A stretch of DNA of 64,000 nucleotides, taken from the NCBI GenBank assembly GCA_964650945.1, contig CAZYXU010000001.1, positions 32,474 through 96,473 on the forward strand, read 5' to 3'. Both the position numbers and the translations under genes were made by a program. Positions 17,336 through 25,759 of the stretch are shown one piece after another (position 1 is the first letter of the stretch; every line of letters starts with the position of its first letter). The notes below the pieces were generated by a model. The model saw only the letters and a program-made list of their open reading frames with translations. It did no database searches and was not told the origin of the DNA. The stretch is from an uncultured Verrucomicrobiota bacterium. Lineage in GTDB: Bacteria > Verrucomicrobiota > Kiritimatiellia > JAAZAB01.

Positions 17336-19336
17336 TTGCAGCGGTTTTGTTTGACACGCCCCGGCAGATGTGCCAGCATGTCCGCTGAAAAACAACTGCA
17401 AGGATTCAATCAAATGCATAGGATTACGAAGAGAATATGGTTTGATCATGCCCGGCAATATGTTGCGGCGCTGGCAGCGGTTGGGTGCGTCTGCGGCGGC
17501 GTGCGCGCGGCAACGCCAACGCCGGCGGAAAAAGTCAGCAACGCCGTGCATGCCGTGCGCCTGAACCTGGAGGCGGAACTGGGCGTTACCGTGCCGTCGT
17601 TGAGCGTATTGCTGGAGACTTCCAATGAAACTTTTTTTGCCTCCTCGGCGGCTGCCCCGGGCCAGGCTCTGACCCCCGACACCACTTTCCGGTTTGCCAG
17701 CAATACCAAGAGTTTCACCGCCGCGGCCATCCTGCGCCTGCATCGCCAGGGTCTGCTGGACTTCCATGCTAAAATCACGGACAGCATTCCGGGCAGCGCC
17801 ATCCCTTACGTCCCCGCCGATACCAACTGGAACATCCCGTACAAGGACGAGATCACCATCGCGCAACTGCTCCGGCACAGCGCCGGCGTCTATGACGTGG
17901 ATAACAATCCCGTCCCGGGCTGCGGCGGCGAGTCCTACGTCACATACCGCCTGGACCTGGAGCCGGAACATCAGTTTACCGCCGCCGAGCTGGTCGGGCA
18001 GGTTGCCCTGCATCGCCTGGAGTTTTTCGCGCCGAACCGGAATTATCACTACAGCGATACCGGTTACACGATGCTCGGCGAAATCGTCGCCCGGGTTTAT
18101 TCGCGGTTTTGCGGCGCGCCCAAAACCTATTCTGATTATCTGCACGAGCAAGTCGTGGGCGTGCATGCCCCCGTGCCTTTGGCCGCCATCCGGTTTCCAT
18201 GCCTGGCCGCGGACACGGCCTTGCCGGCGCCGTTTGTGCCGGGGGTCCAATATCTGCCTGGCGGGGAAACGCTGATCACTTCCAACGCCAACATCAGCGC
18301 GAATGTCGCCGAGGGCAATGGCTACGGGACCCTGGCAGCGCTCAATCGCTATATTCGGACCATGATGCGGGGCGAAAACATCCTCGATGCGCAGATGGTG
18401 CGTCTCATGCAAACCAACACCGCGCCCCATAACGCCAATTACGGCTGCGGTTGCTCGTTTATGCTGGACATCGGCTATGGCCATACCGGCGCCACGCTGG
18501 GATATCTTTCACTGATGGCCTACAATCCCGAAACGGATGTGTCGGTGGCGGTTTGCCTGCCGTTTTGGGATGAGGCCGGACAGGACTCCTTCAAGCAATG
18601 TTTCAACGCTTTGAGCGCGGCGGCGATTAGCGCAACCGAGGCGCTGGGATACCCGAAAACTCCGGTGCTTTTGCCGGGCGCCACGACCAACGTCAACCTG
18701 GCGCCCGCCGCCGTGCAACGGTTCGGCCTGGCCGCCCGCGCCGGCGTCGATTACCGCGTCACCGCCGGGGGCGCCGCGGCCAATGTGTCGTTGGGCCTGG
18801 CGCCGGCAGCCAATCCCGGTGCGCCCCATTGGAGCGTCAACCAACTGGATTGGGTATGCCCGGCGACCGGCACTTATTTTCTGTCCGTCGTTTCCGCCGC
18901 CGCCACCCCCTGCGCCTTGCGCCTGGACACGCTGACGCCGGTCGGGCCGCTGGTTACGGTCAACGGCTTGGCCGGGGATGGAGTTTGCCTGGGCGCCGGC
19001 GACCCCTTGACGCTGGCCGTGAGCATGCTGCATGTCGAGCCATATGCCGGCATCCCGGTGGATTGGTGGGTGGCGGCGTATGCGCATGATGCCGGGCTCT
19101 GGTATTATTTAAACGATCGGATGGCCTGGACGCCGTTTGATGGCAACCCAGCCAACTGCCGCCCGGCATTCCAGGGGCCGTTGCAGAATTTGGCGCCGCT
19201 CGCTCTCGTGCAGGATCTGGTGCCGGCGCCCGGGACTTACAGCTTCTGGTTCGCGGTGGATTATCCCATGGATGGCGTTCTGCGCCTGGACGGGCAGGTC
19301 ATGCTTTCCCGGGTTACGGCCACGGTGGGGCGATAG
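17336..19336 (+). CDS. Secreted beta-lactamase-family serine hydrolase with a ~170-aa C-terminal domain of unknown function
   Basis: FASNTKSF (S-x-x-K), HYSDTGY and GHTGAT motifs of class C beta-lactamase / esterase-like hydrolases. The C-terminal domain carries VDWWV...FAVDYPMDGVL, which is shared with the protein at 37494..39296. The true start may be the internal Met MHRITK (17414). Confidence 0.75.
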   Translation: MQRFCLTRPGRCASMSAEKQLQGFNQMHRITKRIWFDHARQYVAALAAVGCVCGGVRAATPTPAEKVSNAVHAVRLNLEAELGVTVPSLSVLLETSNETFFASSAAAPGQALTPDTTFRFASNTKSFTAAAILRLHRQGLLDFHAKITDSIPGSAIPYVPADTNWNIPYKDEITIAQLLRHSAGVYDVDNNPVPGCGGESYVTYRLDLEPEHQFTAAELVGQVALHRLEFFAPNRNYHYSDTGYTMLGEIVARVYSRFCGAPKTYSDYLHEQVVGVHAPVPLAAIRFPCLAADTALPAPFVPGVQYLPGGETLITSNANISANVAEGNGYGTLAALNRYIRTMMRGENILDAQMVRLMQTNTAPHNANYGCGCSFMLDIGYGHTGATLGYLSLMAYNPETDVSVAVCLPFWDEAGQDSFKQCFNALSAAAISATEALGYPKTPVLLPGATTNVNLAPAAVQRFGLAARAGVDYRVTAGGAAANVSLGLAPAANPGAPHWSVNQLDWVCPATGTYFLSVVSAAATPCALRLDTLTPVGPLVTVNGLAGDGVCLGAGDPLTLAVSMLHVEPYAGIPVDWWVAAYAHDAGLWYYLNDRMAWTPFDGNPANCRPAFQGPLQNLAPLALVQDLVPAPGTYSFWFAVDYPMDGVLRLDGQVMLSRVTATVGR

Positions 19337-19435
19337 TGTAGCCGGAGCATCCTGGCATTTTCTGCGAAGGCGGCGCGCGGCCGTGCTTCCGGCAATGGGC
19401 AGGCCTGCGCAATTCCGGTTGAATCAGGTGTTGGC

Positions 19436-20014
19436 ATGAAAATAACGGTAATAGCATTAACAGCAATCTTACTTGGCGGATGTGTAAATCCGGGAAAGGT
19501 GCAAGTGACGACGCAAGGCGCGGTGAATACCACGGTGGTGATGGAGACTTCGGCGGGGGCGGTGGAAATCGAATTGCTCGGCGAGCAGGCGCCGGTTTCC
19601 GTCAGCAACTTCCTGGCTTATGTGGACGCGGGATTCTACGATCAGACCGTGTTTCACCGCGTGATCCCGGGATTCATGATCCAGGGCGGCGGTTTTGAAA
19701 CCAACCTGCATCAGAAGACTGTCCGGCCGCCGATCAAGAACGAGGCCGCCAACGGGCTGAAAAATGACCGCGGCGCCGTGGCGATGGCGCGGACCATGGT
19801 GGTGGACAGCGCCACCGCGCAGTTCTTTATCAACCTGAAAAACAACGATTTTCTCAATCACGGCGCCCGCGATTTCGGCTATGCCGTGTTTGCCCGGGTG
19901 ACGGCCGGCATGGAGGTGGTGGATCGGATTGCCGCGGTCGAGACTACCACCAAAAACGGCATGGGGAATGTCCCGGCGGAGGCGGTGGTGATTTTGTCGG
20001 TACGGCGGAAATAA
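19436..20014 (+). CDS. ppiA: Cyclophilin-type peptidyl-prolyl cis-trans isomerase, lipoprotein
   Basis: Lipobox LLGGC after the signal peptide; [14 protein letters not shown] and AMAR motifs of cyclophilins. Confidence 0.85.
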   Translation: MKITVIALTAILLGGCVNPGKVQVTTQGAVNTTVVMETSAGAVEIELLGEQAPVSVSNFLAYVDAGFYDQTVFHRVIPGFMIQGGGFETNLHQKTVRPPIKNEAANGLKNDRGAVAMARTMVVDSATAQFFINLKNNDFLNHGARDFGYAVFARVTAGMEVVDRIAAVETTTKNGMGNVPAEAVVILSVRRK

Positions 20015-20074
20015 CGGACCGGCCGCCGTGGCGCCGGTATTTGCGCGGTTTTACGCAGGGAGCCCGAATGCAAG

Positions 20075-20557
20075 GTGCGAGGATACCCGAATACCATGTT
20101 CAGCGGATTCATCGTCAAAATCAACAATTTCGTTGTCCGGTTAAGAAGCCCTAAAATCCCGGCCGGCAACGTGCTGCTGCTGGCGCCGCGCTGCATCCAT
20201 CGCGGCGCATGCCGGCTGAACGTGGAAGACGACATCGGCGCCTGCGCGCTGTGCGGCAAATGCAACGTCAAGGAACTGGCGGAAATCAGCAAGGCCTACG
20301 GCGTCAGATGCCGGATCAGCCGCGGCGGGCGGGAGGCGGTGCGCTACGCGGGAGCGGCGGATGTGCAGGGCGTGGTGGCGGTGGCCTGTTTTCAGGAGCT
20401 TGCCGCGGGAATTTTAGCGGTATTCCCGAAACCGGTGATTGCCGTGCCGAATTGCCAGCCCAACGGGGCGTGCTGTGACACGTGCGTGGATGCCGCGGCC
20501 GTCCGGCGCGCGCTGGATGCCATGGTCGATCCGAAAAGAGCCTCAGCTAGCACCTGA
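20075..20557 (+). CDS. Hypothetical cysteine-rich protein (DUF116-like, tentative)
   Basis: 160-aa ORF with several Cys pairs (CALCGKC, CCDTC). Family assignment is from memory only. Confidence 0.4.
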   Translation: MRGYPNTMFSGFIVKINNFVVRLRSPKIPAGNVLLLAPRCIHRGACRLNVEDDIGACALCGKCNVKELAEISKAYGVRCRISRGGREAVRYAGAADVQGVVAVACFQELAAGILAVFPKPVIAVPNCQPNGACCDTCVDAAAVRRALDAMVDPKRASAST

Positions 20558-20602
20558 ATTTTGCCCCGCGCCGGCTGCCGGCTGGGTCGTTTCTGCCGAA
20601 CG

Positions 20603-21139
20603 TCACGGGTGAGCGGACGGATTGCCCGCCGCGGGTGCGCCGTCCGCTCCGCCCGCTGGCCGGACCTCGTGTGATTCCTTTTTCTTGCTGAGAACGATTT
20701 CGGCGCCGTTGACCGTTCGCTCAAGATGTGCAAGCTCCTGAAGAACTTGCACGGCCTCGAGGACGGACATATCCAGCCCGCCGAAGGTGTAGACGCCCTT
20801 GATGCCGCCACCACCTTCCCATGTATGAAAGGTCATCAGATCCCTGTCGGCGCCGGGGTCTAGCGTAATCCTAATCCGCTTTGATTCTGGGGTCTTGCCG
20901 CGGTCTTGGATTGAGATGTTGAAGAAATAGATTATGTCAGCAATGGCGGCTTGCTTGAAGTCGACCTTCGGCAGTCTGGTTTCGTGCAAGAGCTGCTCGG
21001 TGTCGTTCGTCAACTTTGCGGCGGTGGCATCGTCGATGATCACAACTTTCCTTAATTCACGGGCTTCCGGAGCGGCTGCTGACGGAACAGATGCCCAGAG
21101 GGTCATGCAGGCCAGGATCATCAGTGGCGCTTTCTTCAT
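20603..21139 (-). CDS. Hypothetical secreted protein (signal peptide), lower-GC gene
   Basis: MKKAPLMILACMTLWASVPSAAAP signal peptide. Local GC is about 50-55% versus about 65% for the flanks. Confidence 0.55.
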   Translation of the reverse strand: MKKAPLMILACMTLWASVPSAAAPEARELRKVVIIDDATAAKLTNDTEQLLHETRLPKVDFKQAAIADIIYFFNISIQDRGKTPESKRIRITLDPGADRDLMTFHTWEGGGGIKGVYTFGGLDMSVLEAVQVLQELAHLERTVNGAEIVLSKKKESHEVRPAGGADGAPAAGNPSAHP

Positions 21140-21615
21140 GTCTTCCTTCTATATTGAGCCCTGCTTGCCTGCCACCACTTCTCCAACGTCGTGAAGTCTT
21201 CAGATGAAAGAGCTTTAAGGCTCGGATCGCCGGCCATCTCTTTGAAGACAAGTTTCCACTTGGACTTATCTCGCGCCATGATCTCGTACTGGACACTTCC
21301 GTCGGTCTTCCCGTTGTTGGTGACGCTAATCTTGACGACCAAGAAAGCCCAATCTCCTTGCACCTTGCTGTCGATAACTGTGATCGACAGATCACCCGAA
21401 CGGAGCTTTTCAGAGTTGACGCTGAGTTGGGCTTTCTGTTGCTCCAGGAATTCCTTGTTGTCTATAGGGAAGAGGTAGTCATCCGCTTGTGCCAGCTTCC
21501 CTTCCTTCACAATGGTCCAGAACTGGTCATAGGCGTTTTGGGGAGTCTCCTCCGCCGTAACAGGTGTGGCTGCCATTAGGGTTGAGATGATTATTGTTGT
21601 GATGTATGTCTTCAT
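21136..21615 (-). CDS. Hypothetical secreted protein (signal peptide; possibly NTF2/SnoaL-like fold), lower-GC gene
   Basis: MKTYITTIIISTLMAATPVTA signal peptide. GC is about 50%. It overlaps the downstream gene by 4 nt. The ORF-track start at 21642 is a TTG, so the ATG at 21615 is preferred. Confidence 0.55.
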   Translation of the reverse strand: MKTYITTIIISTLMAATPVTAEETPQNAYDQFWTIVKEGKLAQADDYLFPIDNKEFLEQQKAQLSVNSEKLRSGDLSITVIDSKVQGDWAFLVVKISVTNNGKTDGSVQYEIMARDKSKWKLVFKEMAGDPSLKALSSEDFTTLEKWWQASRAQYRRKT

Positions 21616-21830
21616 ATTCAGATCTGATGTCATTTTGATCAAATGTGCCCATGAGCGGCGCGGCCTGTCCGGGCCCGTTGTATGCGCTTGTTCGTTTGGT
21701 TTTTTCTTACAAAGCCACGAAGGAAGGTCTATAACTCCCCATCAGTCGTTCGGGTTAGTTTTCACCCATCTTGGTGTCTTTGTGGCTTTGTGAGAGAAAA
21801 TATCCATTGTTCGCTCTTCACTTCGCCTCG

Positions 21831-23219
21831 TCATGATTTGGCTGGGATTGCAGCGGCGCAGCAGGATGTCCGGCGGAAAAGGAAGAGCGTGCCGACGCGC
21901 TGGGGTTGGCCGTCCACCTCCAGGTAGGGATAGGCCAGGAAATTGATCGGACCGGCCGCCGGTCCGGGGTCGAGCGCAAGATCGCGGCCGCGCGAGAACT
22001 CGATCCGGTTGGCGGGGTGGTGACCGAAGTAGTACATGCTCAGGGCGCTGAACTTGTCGGCCTCGCTGATGTCCACGGGCCACCACTTGCCGTCCGCGTA
22101 GAACTCGGCCCAGCAGTGATACCCGTCGGTCCCGCCCTCGTCGCGTTCCGAAGGGATGGCCGCGCCGATGGCAAAGCGCGCGGGAATGCCCAGCGCGCGT
22201 GCCAGTCCGATGAAGTAGGCGTGGTAGTCGGTGCAGTTACCCGAAAGCGCATCGCAGGCGCGCATGGCGTCGCCCTGCCCCCAGCCGTCACCGCACTTCT
22301 GGTAGAGCATACTGTCAATCACATGATCGTACAAGGCCCGCGCCCGCATCAAATCGCCTTCCAGCCCCGCGACCGCTTTCTCAGCCGCCGCTCTGACCTT
22401 TTCGTCGGCCGGCACCATTTGTTCGGGCTGCAGGTGTTTGACGGCGTCCTGCGGATCGCCGGCATAGGCGCCCTTCTCGACGCGGAAGACATCGTAGACA
22501 ATCTCGATGGCCTGGCCGGAGTGCTCGGGGCCAAGTTCCAGGAAGAGCGCCTTGTTGCCGTGCGCGCTGTCCGTGAGCGTCTTGGCCGGGACCGGCGTGT
22601 TGACGGACTTCACGGTGATTTTCTGGAAATCGTCCGATTGCGCCAGCGGGATCCAGCAACGGGCCGGTCCGTCAAGCTTCGGCAGCGTGGCCTGGTAGCG
22701 GAATTCGAAAGCGTCGTGCCCCGTCAGGACGCCGAGCAACTCCTTCGACGCGTCTTCCACCGGAGCGCGGACCCAGCGCTTGTCCTCGTTCTGCTTCCAG
22801 ACGTAGTACGGTTGGCCGTTCAGCTTATGGACCGTGGTTTCGGTCACGGTCATCGCGCCCGGATCGCCATGGAGGAAGAAGTCAATGTCGTAGAATTGTC
22901 CGTCAGCGCTGACCATGTCCACGCAGGCGAAATGGCGTTGGGGCGCCAGCGACGCGAGGTATTCGACATGCACGCGCACCAGCTTAAGCTTCAGTTCCTT
23001 GCCCTCGAAAGGCACGGTGAAGTATCCTGCGCCCGCCGCTACCTCTTCGGCAATATGCTTTTCGATGCCGGCCTGGATGTCGGCCGTGACGATGGTAGGA
23101 ACATAGGGCTCGTCTGCGGCGGCGGACGATGGCTTGGCTATGTTCGGCTGTTCCCTGGCGCACCCGAGCAAACAGAGCGAGACGGCCACCATGGTCCAGT
23201 ATCTTTGGAATCCTGCCAT
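21831..23219 (-). CDS. Transglutaminase-like domain lipoprotein
   Basis: MAGFQRYWTMVAVSLCLLGCAR lipoprotein signal; catalytic-triad-like spacing GNCTDYHAYFIGLARALGIPARF (Cys)...YHCWAEFY (His)...WWPVD (Asp) of transglutaminase-like cysteine proteases. The N-terminal 43 codons in the ORF track are rejected as an Arg/Pro-rich artefact. Confidence 0.75.
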   Translation of the reverse strand: MAGFQRYWTMVAVSLCLLGCAREQPNIAKPSSAAADEPYVPTIVTADIQAGIEKHIAEEVAAGAGYFTVPFEGKELKLKLVRVHVEYLASLAPQRHFACVDMVSADGQFYDIDFFLHGDPGAMTVTETTVHKLNGQPYYVWKQNEDKRWVRAPVEDASKELLGVLTGHDAFEFRYQATLPKLDGPARCWIPLAQSDDFQKITVKSVNTPVPAKTLTDSAHGNKALFLELGPEHSGQAIEIVYDVFRVEKGAYAGDPQDAVKHLQPEQMVPADEKVRAAAEKAVAGLEGDLMRARALYDHVIDSMLYQKCGDGWGQGDAMRACDALSGNCTDYHAYFIGLARALGIPARFAIGAAIPSERDEGGTDGYHCWAEFYADGKWWPVDISEADKFSALSMYYFGHHPANRIEFSRGRDLALDPGPAAGPINFLAYPYLEVDGQPQRVGTLFLFRRTSCCAAAIPAKS

Positions 23220-23409
23220 GCTCCCTCTTCCTGGATTCGCGCGGCGAGGCCCCGCCGGCCTGGCCGGGCGTCGCCCCCGCGTTTTCAAGGACGGTGGCCG
23301 CGGACCGCGGGTCGCCGCGCGAATCTGATTACGGGGGGCGGCTGACACGCCGCCCCCCTGGTGTTCTAGTAAAAAGCCGCTATGGCCGAGTCTCAGGCTC
23401 AGGGCTGAC

Positions 23410-23682
23410 TCAGTGCGCGGGATGATCCTTGGGCTTCGTCGTCGCGGGATGCTCCACGACTGCCTTCTCTGTCGCAGCAGCGCCTTCCGCGGCCTTCTGC
23501 TCGACCTGTGTCGTCGTCGGAGGTTGTGCTTTCTCTGTTGCAGCCGCCGCTTCCGGGGCCTTCTGCTCGATCTGCGGCGCGGTCGGAGGCTCCATCTTCG
23601 GCTCTTCCTTTGACTGGCAACCCGCCATCATCAACGCCGTTCCGGCAAACGCGCCCGCCATCAACAATACCGACTTTTTCAT
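23410..23682 (-). CDS. Small repeat-containing lipoprotein (90 aa)
   Basis: AAGGAGA RBS 8 nt upstream; MKKSVLLMAGAFAGTALMMAGC signal and lipobox, then two 22-aa repeats (PPTAPQIEQKAPEAAAATEKAQ / PPTTTQVEQKAAEGAAATEKAV). Confidence 0.55.
   Translation of the reverse strand: MKKSVLLMAGAFAGTALMMAGCQSKEEPKMEPPTAPQIEQKAPEAAAATEKAQPPTTTQVEQKAAEGAAATEKAVVEHPATTKPKDHPAH
23461..23589. repeat. Tandem duplication, 2 x ~63 nt with 66-nt period (about 83% identical), inside the small lipoprotein gene
   Basis: 23461-23523 and 23527-23589 align with about 52/63 matches. Confidence 0.6.
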
Positions 23683-24165
23683 ACAATTTCTCCTTGCATG
23701 GTTTCGCCCGTGCCGGTTTACCGACGGAATCGTTCGGCGACCGACGGGAGATTACTTTCGAGTAAATAATAAGCTTTAGGCGAGCAATATGCAAGACTGT
23801 AATCCCCGTCCAGGGTCACCCCGTTCAAAAGATAATATTCTTGCGTGATTCAGGTTTATGCGACATATTGCCGGCACGGCACAGCCATTAAAGGTTGAAT
23901 ACAAAGGTGCGATTTACCACGCCACGGCGTGGATGCCGGGATATGCGCCGGCGCCGGGAACCGCCGGCGACTCAAGATACGCTTGGGTGGACGGGCTGTA
24001 TCAAAAGCGAGTGGCGGAAGACCGGCAGCCGGAAGATGCAAGTATTTGGAGTATCAGGAATGCTTTGGATGAATCGACAATGTCGGGCAGAATCTCCCCA
24101 TGTGGATCGCTGATCTCGATATCGAATCCATCAGGAGGGATGCGGGCATCAAGTCGGATTAGAAA

Positions 24166-24975
24166 ATGAACATACGGACAAAATGGCAATATGATGAATA
24201 CCGGCAGGTCGGCGTGGACTATGCGGATACCGCGGCGGTTGAAGCCTACGATGCCCGCCATGCCCGGTTTCGCGACGTTCATGCCGAATGCAACCGCATT
24301 CTTGATACTCTGGCCGTCACGCCTGAGTCGGTCGTGATAGAATTCGGCACGGGCACCGGCGCCTTTGCCATCCATGCGGCGCAGCGCTGTGCCGGCGTTT
24401 ACGCGGTCGATGTTTCCAAACCCATGCTGGAATATGTCCGGCAGCGGGCGGCCAAAGCGGGACTCAAAAACATCGTCTTTGGCCATGCTGGTTTCCTGAC
24501 TTACGAGCATGGCGGCGCTCCGGCAGATGCGATTGTAACCAGCATGGCCCTCCACCATTTGCCGGATTTCTGGAAGGGCATAGCCCTGGCGCGGATGCAC
24601 GGCATGCTCAAATCCGGCGGGCTTTTGTACATCCACGATGTGATCTTCGATTCGGTGGACGCCGAGTCCAACATCTCGCGCTGGATAGATAAGCTGGGCG
24701 GAATTGGCGGGGCGCAGCTTCGCGATGAAATTGCAACGCATGTCCGGGAGGAGTTCTCGACCTTCGACTGGATCCTGGACGGCCTGCTCGAAAGAGCCGG
24801 CTTCCAGATTCTGTCCAAAGAGATGGTCGAAGGCGTCGTTGGGACATATTTGTGCAAAAAACGAGGAGTTCACGGACGGGGCGGCAGGATTTTACACCGC
24901 AACCGGAAAAAGGAAGAAGATGATCCGGTCGGATCAGGAAAACCGGACAAGAAAACAGGAACTTTCAAACCGTAG
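24166..24975 (+). CDS. Class I SAM-dependent methyltransferase (small-molecule type, Methyltransf_11/25-like)
   Basis: VIEFGTGTGAF (motif I), AVDVS (motif post-I) and LKSGGLLYIHD segments; no DNA-MTase motifs. Confidence 0.8.
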   Translation: MNIRTKWQYDEYRQVGVDYADTAAVEAYDARHARFRDVHAECNRILDTLAVTPESVVIEFGTGTGAFAIHAAQRCAGVYAVDVSKPMLEYVRQRAAKAGLKNIVFGHAGFLTYEHGGAPADAIVTSMALHHLPDFWKGIALARMHGMLKSGGLLYIHDVIFDSVDAESNISRWIDKLGGIGGAQLRDEIATHVREEFSTFDWILDGLLERAGFQILSKEMVEGVVGTYLCKKRGVHGRGGRILHRNRKKEEDDPVGSGKPDKKTGTFKP

Positions 24976-25096
24976 GAAGGAATGTACTGCTTCGGTTCTT
25001 CACAACCATGCGACGACGACGGTGACGCCCGCGCCCGCCGCGAGGGCCGCCAGAACAAGCTTCACTGTGCCTGCGTCCATGACGATGCCGCCTTGT

Positions 25097-25759
25097 TTAC
25101 GCCACCAGTCCCGCCTCCTGAAAACTGTAATACCCTTTCCGGGTAACAATGATCTGATCCAGGACGCGGATGCCTAGAATCTTTGCCGCCTGGGTCAGTT
25201 GCTCGTGTATCTTCAGGTCGGCGTCGCTGGGTTTGAGTTCGCCGGATGGGTGGTTGTGGGCGAAGATGACGGCGGCGGCCCGGTCGGCGATTACGTCGGC
25301 AAAGACCTCTCGCGGGTGAACCTGGCTCCGGTCCAGTAGGCCGATGGTGACGGTGCGCTTCTCGATGACTTCGTTTGCGCCGTTCAGGGAAATGCAGAGG
25401 AAGTGCTCCTGTTGCTTCCCGGCAATGTCGGCCAGTAGTGGAAGGGCATCGGCGGACGTCGCAATCTTGACCGTGTCCCTTAACAGGTGCCGCCGGGCGA
25501 GTTCAAAAGCGGCAAGGACTTGGTATGCCTTGGCGGGGCCCATGCCGTGAATGGCGGTCAGGTCCGCCTCGGTAAGCCCCGTTTTCTTCACTTGAATGAT
25601 CTTGGCGATCTCCTTCGACATAGCCCGTACATCGTGGCCCTGAACGCCGCGGCCAAGGATGACCTGAACGAGTTCCTCATCCGTCAAGGCAGACGCGCCC
25701 CTGGCCGCCATCTTTTCACGGGGTCGATCCTGTTCAGGCATGTCCTTGATGGTCTTCAC
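25097..25759 (-). CDS. radC: RadC-family JAB/MPN domain protein (UPF0758)
   Basis: C-terminal HNHPSGELKPSDADLKIHEQL (JAMM motif) and N-terminal HhH region; 4-nt overlap with hsdM upstream. Confidence 0.85.
   Translation of the reverse strand: MKTIKDMPEQDRPREKMAARGASALTDEELVQVILGRGVQGHDVRAMSKEIAKIIQVKKTGLTEADLTAIHGMGPAKAYQVLAAFELARRHLLRDTVKIATSADALPLLADIAGKQQEHFLCISLNGANEVIEKRTVTIGLLDRSQVHPREVFADVIADRAAAVIFAHNHPSGELKPSDADLKIHEQLTQAAKILGIRVLDQIIVTRKGYYSFQEAGLVA

Noticed and set aside
23858-24169. 103-aa + strand ORF containing YKGAIYHATA, reminiscent of the GAIYHV N-terminal motif of IS200/IS605 (Y1/HUH) transposases
   Set aside because: The resemblance covers only about 6 residues. No HUH (HVHLL) motif or Tyr catalytic helix was found in any frame, so it is too weak to call a transposase remnant. 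It might still be a small real ORF upstream of the methyltransferase.
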